Shown here: positions 24,760-38,025 of the stretch, one piece after another
How the letters are laid out: every line of letters starts with the position of its first letter
How positions within the stretch are numbered: position 1 is the stretch's first letter
Source of the DNA: Malacoraja senta
Lineage: Eukaryota
Length of the DNA: 64,000 nucleotides
Direction of reading: 5' to 3'
Assembly (NCBI GenBank): GCA_038087875.1
Contig: CM075993.1
Location: 5,272,001-5,336,000 of the forward strand
Notes under the pieces: model-generated
The model's input: only the letters and a program-made list of their open reading frames with translations
Told to the model about the DNA's origin: nothing
The model's database searches: none
Translations under genes and position numbers: made by a program

Positions 24760-25477
24760 TACTTTAGTTTAAACTTAGTTTAGAGATTAGATTAATTTAG
24801 AGATCCTTCGGCCCACCGAGTCCGCACTGACCAGTGATCGTCATACTCTTAACACTATCCTATACACACACTAGGGACAATTAACATACAAACTTGTACG
24901 TATTTGGAGGCATCTCTGGAGAAAAAAGTATGGGTGACGTTTTTGGTCGGGACACTTCTTCTGACTGAAAGTCTCCAGAGATGCTGCCTGACCCATTGAG
25001 TTACTCCAGCACTTTGCGTCTTTTTTGGAAACCAGCATCTGCAGTTCCTTGTGTCTTTATTAAACACTTTGCTAATGTGAAAAGTGTTTTTGTAGGTCAA
25101 ACCCTTGTGTGCAATCTGCCAGGAAATTGGAGATTGGTTTATTGGCGCTACCCAACTGCTTTCCCGATGTTTGCGACAAGGCTTCGCTGGTCTGAAATAT
25201 TCCTTTGAAGTGCCGCTCGCGTAACTCTGCTCCCCTCGTTCCAGAAGAGAACTTGTGATCTGTGAGTCATTTCAAAAATCCTGCACCAACACAGGCTCCT
25301 CTCATCACCTGCAGCATTCACGTTATCACAGCTGTCATCCAATGTCCACAACATGGGACTTGTACTGGACATGCTCCGGTAATTCCAACTGGAAAGGGAA
25401 GCAGCTGTCTTCTTACTCAGTGCAAGAAACATCTTTGCTAAGTGGATGGATTATAATACCAGAAGATCATAAGCCAT

Positions 25478-25792
25478 AGGACCATTTGGCCCATCGAGTC
25501 GCTCCGCCATTTGATCACAGCTGATCTATTTTTCCCTCTCAACTCCATTCTCCTACCTTCTCTCTGTATCCTTTGATGCCCTTCCTAATCAAGAACCTAG
25601 CAATCACTGTTTTATAAATACGCAAAGTCTTGGCCTTCACAGCCTTCTATGGCAATGAATTCCACAGATTCAACACCCTCCGCCTATAGAAATTCTTCCT
25701 TATTTCCATTCTAAATGTAAGTCCTTTGTGCTGAGGCTGTGCCCACTGGTTCTAGACTCTCCCACCAGTGGAAACATCCTCTCCACGTCCAC
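25478..25792 (-). mobile_element. CR1 3' fragment
   Basis: Reverse CR1 tail and RT end. Confidence 0.8.
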
Positions 25793-25815
25793 ATGTCTTT
25801 CCTCTGACTGGTTAA

Positions 25816-26127
25816 AGCCCTGTCCCACTGTACGAGTTCATTCCAAGAGTTCTCCCGAGTTTGCCCTGATTCAAACTCGGAGATTTACGGTAATGGCCAC
25901 TCGTCGGTACTCGGGGCTCTCGTGGACATTTTTCATCATGTTGAAAAATCTTCACGAGTCTTCCCGTGCTTACCTGCCGTTAGCGAGTCTTCAGGAGTAC
26001 CTGCCGTTAGCACTAAGAGACGTCCCCGAGCTCTGACGTACCCGCTAGGTTCATTCTCCGTGCTTACCACGAGTTTGATTTTTTTTAAACTCGGGAGAGC
26101 TCTTGGAATGAACTCGTACCGTGGGAC
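25816..26127. mobile_element. Harbinger-like MITE (same subfamily as 49707-50022), right end clipped
   Basis: TAA-AGCCCTGTCCCAC.. TIR; interior very similar to the 49707 copy. Confidence 0.8.
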
Positions 26128-27650
26128 GTGGGAGAAAACCGGAGCTCCCAGAAAAACCCCATATGGTTACAATGAAACAACCGCTAACTCTGCCCCCATA
26201 ATATAAGATGGAGGAGGACAGTATTTTTATCGGAAGAGGAGCCCAAATCTAGAAATGTTAAACGGGGAACTGAGGGGCAAGTATGTAATGCAGAGGATGG
26301 TCAGGTCGGGGGGAGTTCCTCCCGCCACAGGTACCATGTAACCCCGCGCTACCTGCTCCGTTGGAGACTAAACTGTCTCCCCCACCTGGTTGGACGCCCC
26401 AGCAGGACCAAAAACAAGACCTGTCAATGGGCAGATGAGCTCCTAGCGAGCCAACGGCCATCCACACTTTAGTAGAAGTTGCGATCACTGTCGTACATAG
26501 CATTGTAATGTGGTGGGTACATGGATTGAGCTGTCAGAGAAGTGGTGGATAGGGTACAATTACAACATTTAAAATATATCTGGACTGGATAGGAATGATT
26601 TAGAAAGGGTAGACGCAATATGCTGGGGAAACTCAGCGGTACAGGCAGAATCTCTGGAGAAAAGGAATGGGTGACGTTTCGGGTCGAGACCCTTCTTCAG
26701 ACTGAAGTCCTGACCCGAAACGTCACCCATTCCTTCTCTCCAGAGATGCTGCCTGTCCCGCTGAGTTACTCCAGCATTTTGTGTCTACCTTCGATTTAAA
26801 CCAGCATCTGCAGTTATTTCCTAAAGATTTTGAGAGGTGTGGGCCAAACACAGGCAAATGGGACTAACTCAGGTAGGCCAGGTTGGGCTGAAGGGCCTGT
26901 TTATGCGCTATGTAACTCTTTGACTCTATAACAAGAATAATTTGGGAAAATTGTTGTCTAATTTGTCCCTGTACAAACTCCATTTTCTCACTACAGATTT
27001 CTACCCCCCCCCCCACCCCCCACCCCCTGCCCAGTGTAAATGTTATCTCCGTGTTTCCATGGTGAGGTAACATTTGGCATTTGGCCAAGTGGCCATTAGT
27101 TATCTATGATCCTTGACACTAAATGTCAGCAGGTTAGTCAACTGCACAGGATCACAGCCAAAACCTGTCCTCTTGTCATTTGGCCGCCGCATGCATTTCC
27201 ATTAGGGGGTCAAGTTACTATTAAGGTGGTCTGATTATGTTTCTACACACTTGTTGCCAAGATCAAAGTACCATCCCACCCAATACCAACCGCTCATTTA
27301 GGTATCCCGACATTTGTCATCTGGCACCCCATGCTGCTCCACTCACTTTGAAGCGCTCAGGCCCTTATTCCCGTGCTGCCTTCACCCCTCTGTGCTCTAA
27401 TTCTGGCAGCCTCTTTAACACACTGGAGCTACTGAACTTCGGAACTTCCTTTAATACCCAAGGACTCCAGTTCCCACACATCAGGCCCCTTGTTTCCACA
27501 TTATCCTTACACTTCCACATACTTGGACCTCAGTTCCCACATTCCCTTCATCACACTGGGGGCCCTAGTCCTCATGTTGGCTGTCACACTGGTCCCCATT
27601 CTTCCTTTAACACACCATGCTCCCTTTAAACTTATCATTTTAGTTTATAG

Positions 27651-27903
27651 GTAGACAAAAATGCTGGAGAAACTCAGCGGGTGAGGCAGCATCTATGGAG
27701 CGAAGGAATAGGTGACGTTTCGGGTCGAGACCTTTCTTCAGTCTGAAGGAGGGTCTCGACCCGAAACGTGAGTCTGAAGAAGGGTCTGGACCCGAAACGT
27801 CACCTATTCCTTCGCTCCATAGATGCTGCCTCACCCGCTGAGTTTCTCCAGCATTTTTGTCTACCTTTGATTTTTCCAGCATCTGCAGTTCTTTCTTAAA
27901 CTC
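27651..27903. mobile_element. PLE-derived foldback with tandem hammerhead cores
   Basis: Inverted arms; two CTGAAG..GAAACGT units at 27741-27803; TTTATAG flanks. Confidence 0.8.
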
Positions 27904-29253
27904 TTTATAGATTCATCATGGAAACCGGCCCTTCGGCCCACCGAGTCCGCACCGACCAGCGATCCCCGCTCACTAGCACTATCCTACGCACACTAGGGAC
28001 AATTTGCAATTTTACAAAGCCAATTAGCTACAAACTTTTATGTCTTTGGGATGTGGGAGATGCTGCCTAACCCATTGAGTCACTCCAGTGCTTTGTGTCC
28101 TTTTGCGAACCTTAATCTTAAATGTTTAAGGTTTAATGACCTTCAATATTAACGCTATTTTCTCTTCCCACAGATGCCGCCTGACCTGTTGAGTATTTCC
28201 AGCATTTTCTATGTTCTCTCTTTTGTTTTAGATTTCCAGCATCTGCAGTTTTGATTTTGAGTGCCATAAGCAAAGGAATGGAGCCCATTACCGTCTAATG
28301 TAAGAGAACAAAGGCACAATGACTTTGGTCTTTATTTCCCACTGAGTTTGGACCTTAGGGGCAGATGAAAGGGTTGCTCAGTCGAGTCATTCCTTCGTGA
28401 CACAGTCAAAAGGAAATGGAAGGTTTTTCCTCACTGGGCTGGTTTGATTGAATTGTTGCTGTGAGTAGAATCTGCAAAGTTTCACTAACAAGCCTAATTG
28501 GCCTCATTTCTTTTCTGGCCATTCCATTAGTAAGGAGTTGAGTTTTCTGAAATTCATCGACACTCCTTGTGACCTTAAGACTGGGATAGGTGCAATTAGA
28601 ATCCTTTCGTCCCAGCTTCAAGCTTGACTTACCTGAGGGGCAATTACTGTGCGATTTAACGGGCTCCGCGGTCTAAGTGGGCTGTGAGCTGACTGCTGAG
28701 TGTCGTTTTGCCTTGTGGCTACTGTGCAGGGATGAGGGGAGAAAACTGGTGTCAGAAAACCACGATGACCCAAATGAGTCTGTGTGCTGGACTGGCCAAG
28801 TTCTGACAGTAATTCCTTTCATTCCCACCCCTTTGAAAATCCACATCCTTTCCTTTCATAACAGCACAGCAACCTTTGATTTTCTCCAGATGCTGAAGGC
28901 AAATGAGGCAAATATTTTCATCAGGAAAAAATGGATTGTTCTGTTCAAGGCATGCTGGAAATAACACTAAAAATAAAGTTTTATTTTTGAGTGATACAAT
29001 GAGGCACGGCTTCGCTGTAGAGCCAGACATTCTTTATCCTAAGATCACGACTTAAAAGGGTTTTCAGAAAGACCCAGTGAGTTTATCTGTTAGTGATTAG
29101 AGGCTGGTTTGAAGGCTTTTATGTCTGATCTTACCACCCTGGGGTGAGGGAGAAGATAATTGATTGACCCTTCTGGAGCTGAAAGTCAGATGAGGTTAAG
29201 CTTGCTGTACCAACTGTTGGCAACGACCATCACAGTAGTTATTGGTGTTTGAG

Positions 29254-29791
29254 AAGGAACTGCAGATGCTGGAAAATCGAAGGTAGACAGAAATGCTGGA
29301 GAAACTCAGCGGGTGCAGCAGCATCTATGGAGCGAAGGAAATAGGCAACGTATCGGGCCGAAACCCTTCTTCAGACTGATGGAAGGTGGGGGAGGGGGGG
29401 CGGGGAGAAGAAAGGAAAAAGGAAGAGGAGGAGCCCGAGGGCTGAAGGAGAGCTGAGAGGGGGAGGAGACTGCAAGGGCTACCGGAAATTGGAGAATTCA
29501 ATGTGCTAGGGTGCAGACTGCCCAAGCGGAATATGAGGTGCTGCTCCTCCAATTTCCGGTGGTGCTCACTCTGGCCATGGAGGAGACCCAGGACAGAGAG
29601 GTCGGATTCGGAATGGGAGGGGGAGTTGAAGTGCTGAGCCACCGGGAGGTCAGGTTGGTTAATGCGGACCGAGCGGAGGTGTTCGGCGAAATGATCGCCA
29701 AGCCTACGCTTGGTCTCACCGATGTAGATCAGCTGACATCTAGAGCAGCGGATGCAATAGATGAGGTTGGAGGAGGTGCAGGTGAACCTCT
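29254..29791 (-). mobile_element. Penelope-like element 3' part: GIY-YIG endonuclease plus terminal repeat
   Basis: QRFTCTSSNLIYCIRCSRCQLIYIGETKRRLGDHFAEHLRSVR...RKLEEQHLIFRLGSLHP, then pyrimidine-rich UTR and hammerhead-bearing repeat. Confidence 0.9.
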
Positions 29792-29796
29792 GGTAG

Positions 29797-30392
29797 TGTG
29801 TAGGAAAGAACTGCAAATGCTGGTTTACACTGAAGATAGACACAAAATGCCGGTATAACTCAGCGGGACAGGCAGCATCTCTGGAATGCGTGACGTTTCG
29901 GGTCGAGACCCTTCTTCAGATTGAGAGTCAGGGGAGGAGGGAGATACAGAGATAAGGAAGGGTAGGGTGTGAAAAGGAGACATCAAAGGGGATGTAGGTC
30001 AAGGAAAATGTAGAATAGATCACTGTTAGCGAGGGGAAGGTGACAACGAAGCATACAGAGATAACATTTAATCAGGTGGACAGTCAGACGGGATGGAGAA
30101 CTAGGAAGGGGAGGGATGGAGAGGGTGGGTAAACAAGGATTATTTGAAGTTAGAGAAGTCAATGTTCACACGGCTGGGGTGTAAGCTGCCCAAGCGAAAT
30201 ATGAGGTGCTGTTCCTCCAATTTGCGCTGGGCCTCACTCTGACAGTGGAGGAGGCCCAGAACAGAAAGGTCAGTGTGGGAATGGGAGGGGGAGTTGAAGT
30301 GTTAAGTCAATGTTCATACCGCTGGGGTGTTAAGCTATCCAAGAGAAATAAGTGGTGCTGTTCCCCCAATTTGCGCCGGGCCTCACTCTGAC
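29797..30392 (-). mobile_element. Second PLE subfamily 3' fragment (GIY-YIG C-terminus, UTR, terminal repeat)
   Basis: Reverse strand RKLEEQHLIFRLG motif at ~30190-30230; type-B repeat. Confidence 0.8.
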
Positions 30393-30895
30393 AAAGGCAG
30401 AAAGGTGACCTGCTGTAGAAGTTACAAGAGCAACTATCCCTGTAATGCGTGATCGCAGCATTTGAGTCTTAAAACAATTCAGCAAATTCTCACAGTCAAT
30501 ATATTCCGTGTTATTGAATTAAAGCAGGCAACATTTGCTGGCGGAATGTGAACCTGGGCCGCACACACCACCCTGTCTTGCCGTTGGCACTGTGAGATGA
30601 TCCAGTGCGTGCTGATAGGAAGCATGACCGGAGACCAAGATTGCAGGAAATGACATTGACTTTGCACAGGGCGTGGGAATATGCGGAATGCTGCTGAAAT
30701 GTGCGGAATGCAATTAATCCAAGCTGAACATCGCAGAACCCAAATGCCGATTGGTTTTCTGGAAGTTATTGCTCAATCCTCACCGTGGGGTCCTGGGGGA
30801 GCTCAGGGGAAAAAATTCCATTCCCTTAAGCCTCTCAGTGGCTATACAGCTCCCCTGAGAGGATTGAGGACAGTGCAAACACAATACGTGGTTTA

Positions 30896-31233
30896 AGGGC
30901 CTGTCCCACTGTACGAGGTAATTCAAGAGTTCTCCCGAGTTCTCCCCTGATTTGAACTCGTGTAATGTACGTAGCGGGTAGGTAGCCGCTCGTACGAGTA
31001 AAAAGTAACCATTTTTTTCATCACGAGTATTATTTTTACTCGTGGACAATTTTTGCAGTGTTGAAAAAAACGTCACGAGTTTACCGGATTTCCCGAGTAC
31101 CTACCGTTACTCGTACGAGCCGCTACGTGACATCCACGGGCTTCTACGTACCCGCTACGTACATTACACGAGCTCGAATCAGGGGAGAACTCGGGAGAAC
31201 TCTTGAATTACCTCGTACAGTGGGACAGGCCCT
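30896..31233. mobile_element. Harbinger-like MITE with ~85-bp TIR
   Basis: AGGGCCTGTCCCACTGTACGAGG...; TTA / TTG flanks. Confidence 0.85.
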
Positions 31234-31841
31234 TTGTTGGAAACGAGAGGTTTGATGTTCTAAAATATAAATCAGAAATGCTGGCAATACTCAGACCGTT
31301 TGAAGAGAATTAACTTATCGGGACAAAAATAGACACAAGATGCTGGAGTAACTCAGCGGGACAGGCAGCATCTCTGCAGAGAAGGAACGGGTGACGTTTT
31401 GGGATAAAAGTCTGTCTGAGAATGGTCTCGAACCGAAACGTCACCCAATCCATCTCTCCAGAGATGCTGCCTGTCCCTCTGAGTTACTCCAGCATTTTGT
31501 GTCTTTCTTTGGTTTAAACCAGCATATGCAGTTCCTCCAGACATATAACTTACCAGGCCAATGGCCGTCCATCAAAACTTGGCGACGTTCGGAGCCTTTA
31601 GGTTAAGGTCTCATGAAGATCCCGATTTCAATGCTGAACAGATCTACCTCCACCAGGTGCATCTTGCAGCAGCTTGCTAGGCTGCTTAAATGATAGTGCT
31701 ACAAAGCAATATGGTCCGCTTGCCTTCATGGTTGGGGCGTTGCGTATAAGAGTCGGGAAGTCATGAGATTGCATTTGAGGAATTGTGTGCCGTTCTGTAC
31801 GCCCCTATTACAGGAAGGATGTGGAGTTACTGGAGAGAATA

Positions 31842-32136
31842 CACGGTGGCGCAGCAGTAGAGTTGCTGCCTCACAGCGCCAGAGACCCGGGTTCGATCCT
31901 GACCATGGCTGCTGTCTGTACGAAGTTTGTACGTTCTCCCCGTGACCTGCGTGGGTTTACTCCCACACTCCAAAGACGTACAGGTTTGTAGGTTGATTTG
32001 CTTCGGTAAAATTGAAAATTATCCCTAATGTGTGAAGGATAGTGTTAGTGAATGGGGGTCGCGGGTCGGCGCGAACTCGGTGGGCCAAAGGGCCTGTTTC
32101 CACGCTGTATCTCTAAACTAAACTAAACTAAACTAA
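31842..32136 (+). mobile_element. Full-length V-SINE
   Basis: A/B boxes, V-domain, (TAAAC)n tail. Confidence 0.9.
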
Positions 32137-33069
32137 GAGGTGTACAAGAATGCTGTCTGGATTCGAGGGTATTAGCTATAAGGCGAGGTTGGTCCACGGT
32201 GGATTGTTTTCTCCAATGTTAGGTAACTTCTACAAACAACCCTTCCCCCCCACCTTACTCCTCCTCTTTCTCAACCACCCCACCCCCCTCTTTTGTTTCC
32301 TACTCCCACTCCCCTCCCCTGAATTCTGCCTGACCAAATTCTCCTCTGCTCCTCCACCTCCATCTACATTCCTTCCTCCAGCTTCACAATTCGCAACGTT
32401 TCTATCCTCCAGCTTCACAATTCGCAACTCTTTATCCTTTTGGCTCGCACCTGTTCTTTTCATCTCTGGCCTCTGTCCAAAAATCTGCCTATCAAGAAAT
32501 CCTCTCACCTGTGTTCACCTATTACTGGCCTTGCCCTCTCCTGCCCCTCCTGTCTTCTAACTTTCTTCCCCCTCCCCCCCCCCACCCCCCTCCAAGGGTT
32601 CCCGATCCAAAACGTCACCTATCCATGATCTCCAGAGACGCTGCCTGATCCGCTGAGTTACCTCAGTAGTCTGTGTCTTTCTTTGCTTGTATGTCTGCTA
32701 GGAAGATGCCTGCAAAGATCACACCTGCTGAGATACACCACGACAGCAGTGAAAGATGACAAAACGTCTAAAGGGAACGAACGCAGTGCTGAATCCGGTA
32801 ATCAGTGTGACGATACAGCAAGCAACCAGAGGTTTGAAGTCATGTCTCAAGTTCTGGCTTCTTATGTAGTTTTCGTGAACAGTATTAAATTGATCCATAA
32901 TACTGCTTGAATGTCAAAACCAAGGCAGGGGGCCATGGTTGGACCAGTGGACTGAAAAATCTCACTCCAGATGCATTTTGCATGTTGAGTTATGGTTGCC
33001 ATCATTTTTAGTCACAGAGTCATAGACTTGTCCAGCACGGAAATACTGTAGGTTCATCGACCCGTGAGG

Positions 33070-33822
33070 GGAATAGATAGGGTGAATACACAGAGTCTTC
33101 TTTACGCAGGGTATGAGAATCAGGAACCAGAGGGCACAGGTTTAAGGTGAGAGAAAGATTTAATAGGAACCTGAAGGGCAACTGTTTCACTCGGAGGGTG
33201 GTGGGTATATGGAACGAGCTGCCAGAGAAGGTAGTTGAGGCAGGGACTATAACCACATTTAAAATACATTTGGACAGGTACATGGATAGGAAAGGTTTAG
33301 GGGGATAAGGGCCAAACGTGGGCAGGTTGGTTAGTGTAGATGGGGCATCTTGGTAGGCATGGGCAAGTTGGGCCAAAGGGCCTGTTTCCACACTGTCTGA
33401 CTCTATAACTCGTCCATACCAACTGGTCCCACTCGCATGCTTCTGACCCATATTGCTCCAAACCTTTCCTATACATGTATCAGTCGAAGTGTCTATTAAA
33501 TGTTGTAACTGGCAGATTCCATATACCTATCATTCTCTGTGTGAAAAAGTTCCCTCTCAGCTCCCACCTGAATCTTCCCCCTCTCAGCTTAAACCTATGC
33601 CCTCCAATTTTAGACTCACCTACACTGGTGGAACGACTGTGGATGTTCACCTCATCTATGCCCCCCCCTCATGATTTTATATACCTCTATAAGGCCACCC
33701 CTCAACCTCCAGGGAAAAGGTCCCAGTAACATCTGACCCAAATGCAGCACCTCACGGTTATCTGAATTAAACTCCATCTGCCGTTCCTCGGCCCACTGGC
33801 CTAATTGATCAAGGCCTTGTAA
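33070..33822. mobile_element. Two HER1-like CR1 3' fragments in tail-to-tail orientation
   Basis: + copy 33070-33410 ending GGGCCTGTTTCCACACTG; reverse copy ~33410-33822. Confidence 0.75.
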
Positions 33823-33885
33823 TCATAAATTATCTTCTTCACTGTCCTCCATACTATGGATTTTAGAGTCAACTGCAAACATGCT

Positions 33886-34062
33886 TCTTCTTCTTGTCGA
33901 GTTCACACACAAGACCAGAGGTTGTTCAGCCAGAGCTGTACACACTTCTCGGCAGCTGCGTACAATGGTGTCTGTCTTGCGCTTCTTGTGCTTCTTGTGT
34001 GTGGTGGTGGAAAGATTGGTGGAAGCAGGGCCGCGACGTGAACGCTCTTTCCTTGACCCCCC
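33886..34062 (-). mobile_element. Short (AAG)n-tailed retroelement with HDV-like ribozyme head, copy 2 (uninterrupted, ~177 nt)
   Basis: TSD CAAACATGCT (33876-33885) / CAGACATGCT (34063-34072); starts at G-run, ends ACAAGAAGAAGA. Confidence 0.85.
34009..34061 (-). ncRNA. HDV-family (CPEB3-like) ribozyme, copy 2
   Basis: GGGGGUC AA GGAAAGA GCG UUCACGU CGC GGCCCU GC UUCCA CCAA UCUUUCC; all helices identical to copy 1. Confidence 0.75.
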
Positions 34063-34825
34063 CAGACATGCTAATATTTGGACAGGTACCTGGATAGGAA
34101 AGGTTGAGAAGAATATAGTCGGCAGAGACAAGTTGGGCCAAAGGGCCTGTTTCGTGATGTATGATTCCACGACTCTATGCCATGTACATCCACGTCCAGA
34201 TCATATATTATAAATAATGAACAACTGTGGACCCAGCACTGATTCCTGAGGCACACCATTTTGGATAGCATTATATCAGCAAATGAAAATCCTTCTGACA
34301 GTTGAGGGGACATGTCATGCACCAGGGACTGAGGCACCTGGAAATGTGTACACAATCGCTCGGTCTACAACTGTTTGTGTCTTTGGACAAACAGTTGTAC
34401 CACTTGTGTCGTTTTTTTTTTTTTTGCCGTATGTTTTTTAATATTCGAAGATTGAGCAGAAATAAATGGAGTGAGCTCTTGACCATGGAGGGGGAGGCGA
34501 TGTTGCAAGAACTAAGTCCATTAGAACCATTCCCGACAATTTGCAGCGAGTGGATTTGAAGAAGGGTCTCGACCCGAAAACGTCACCCATTCCTTCCCTC
34601 CAGAGACGCTGCCTGTCCCGCTGAGTTACTCCAGCTTTTTGTGTCTATCTTCGGTTTAAACCAGCATCTGCAGTTCCTTCTTGCACAAGTGGATTTGACT
34701 GTTTACTGCAAACAATAGGCAGCTGGAGGAACTCAATGGGTCTAAGGCCGCATCTAAGTTTGGTTTTTGTTTGTCATCGCCACATGTACCGAGGTACAGT
34801 GAAAAGCTTTGCTTTGCATGCTGTC

Positions 34826-35025
34826 NNNNNNNNNNNNNNNNNNNNNNNNNNNNNNNNNNNNNNNNNNNNNNNNNNNNNNNNNNNNNNNNNNNNNNNNNNN
34901 NNNNNNNNNNNNNNNNNNNNNNNNNNNNNNNNNNNNNNNNNNNNNNNNNNNNNNNNNNNNNNNNNNNNNNNNNNNNNNNNNNNNNNNNNNNNNNNNNNNN
35001 NNNNNNNNNNNNNNNNNNNNNNNNN
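34826..35025. other. Assembly gap (200 N)
   Basis: Run of N. Confidence 1.
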
Positions 35026-35769
35026 GAATTATGAGAGGCATAAATAGGGTAGACAGTCAGAGCCTTTTCCCCCCAGGGTGGGAAATGCCCAAACTAGAGG
35101 GCGTAGCATTAAGACCAGAAGGGGGAGGTTTAAAGGAGATGTGTGGGGCAGGTATGTTATAATACAGTGGTGGGTGCCTGGAACTCGCTGCCAGGGTGGT
35201 GGTGGAGGCAGGATAATGGTGTGTAAGAAGAGGCTTTTAGATGGGTTGAGGATAATATGTATGTGGGAATTTGGGATATGGATGGGGTGGCAGGCAGTGG
35301 AGGTTGGTTTAAACAGGCACCTTGTTCAGCACGGACATAGTGGGCCGAAGGGCCAGTTCCTGTGTTGTGCTATTCCACGTCCTCCGTTCAAGAACGGGTA
35401 AAGTGCTGGCTGTGTCCCCCACCCCCCCCTCTCCCCCCTAGAAGAAAGCACAAGTGGTTCAAAGGGTAACCAGCGGACAATGCCAGTGGGTCCAGAGCCA
35501 GCCGCCGGCTCTGGCAGTGAAGAGCGAGGAGGGGGGGATGGGGCAGAAGGCGGAAGTACGGGCAATCTCAGGGAAGTGGGTGCACGTCCCCCCCCCCTTC
35601 CCCCCCCCCCCAACTTGAAGCCCCCAGTCGGTGCAGAGATAAAGATGCTAATTCCATCAGACAGACCAGCCGCGCGCTCCCTTCCCCAGTCACGTGGATG
35701 CTATTCCTGGCAGCTCCTCGAGAAAGATTCTTCAGCAGCACCTTGCTAAATATAGCTTGCTGCAATTTA

Positions 35770-36930
<1,161 letters not shown>

Positions 36931-37209
36931 AGTGCCCGGTCTGGAGTATGGAGCCTCTACCCTGCAATGGCTGCTCTCTCTCCTTCTCTGGGCAGGGTAT
37001 CACCCCTACATCTACACGGACTGGTTCGACCTGTGCCCATCTATGCGAAGGAATAGGTGACGGTTCGGGTGGAGACCCTTCCTCAGTTTCTCCAGCAATT
37101 TAGTCTACATAAGATCGTAAGCGATGGGAGTAAAAGTAGGCCATTCGGCCCATCGAGGACTACTCCGCCATTCAATCGGGGCTGATCCATCTCTTCGGCC
37201 CACCGATTT

Positions 37210-37482
37210 TTCCCTTCGGCCCACTGAGTCCGTCCCCGACCAGCGATCCCCACACATTAACCCCACCCTACCACACCCACTAGGGACATTTTTTACATTT
37301 ACACCAAGCCAATTAACCTACAAGCCTGCACGCCTTTTGGAGTGCGGGAGGAAACCGAAGATCTCAAAGAAAACCCACGCAGGTCACGGGGACAACGTGC
37401 AAACCCCATACAGACAGCACCCGTAGTCAGGATCGAACCCGGGTCTCTGGCGCTGTGGGGCAGCAACTCTACCGCTGCGCCA
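37210..37482 (-). mobile_element. V-SINE
   Basis: Head and V-domain on minus strand. Confidence 0.85.
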
Positions 37483-37585
37483 GTTCCGTAAAGTGCACCT
37501 GTTGTGTAGGATAGAACTAGAGTACAGGTTGGTCGGCACAAACCCGATGGGCCGAAGGGCCTGTTCCCACGCTGTATGTCTAAGC

Positions 37586-38025
37586 CAAGGGCCGGCAACC
37601 TACGGCCCCCGGGCCGAATGCGGCCCGTAACCTGAAATCATCCGGCCCGCGGGCGGATTTTGTTTCCTGTATTCATCTGTCCCCGCCGAGCGCCGAGCTC
37701 CAGCCGTAACGCATCCTGCGCAAAGCCGCCGGCACGGCCCCGCACCTTCTGCGAACACGTTTAAGAAAGAGCTGCAGATGCTGGAAAAAACGTAGGCAGA
37801 CAAAAAATGCTGGAGAAACTCAGCGGGTGAGACATGCAAGGATTGCACGAGGCTGCCTCACCCGCTGGGTTTCTCCAGCATTTATTGTCTAACCTTCCGT
37901 GAACGCGTGGTTTGATGCCTGCCATCCGGGGCGCGATCCGTGTGTACACGGGGTAGATGTGGCCCGCCATCCACTCACAGACGTGCGTCCCGGCCCCTAG
38001 GCAGAACAAGGTTGCCCACCCCCTG
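37586..38025. mobile_element. hAT (Charlie-like) MITE with nested PLE foldback
   Basis: CAAGGGCCGGCAACC / GGTTGCCCACCCCCTG TIRs; perfect 8-bp TSD GTCTAAGC (37578-37585, 38026-38033). Confidence 0.9.

Noticed and set aside
28625..28730. Possible minus-strand exon ending CAG/GTAAGT
   Set aside because: No recognisable protein and no partner exons; splice-like motifs occur by chance.
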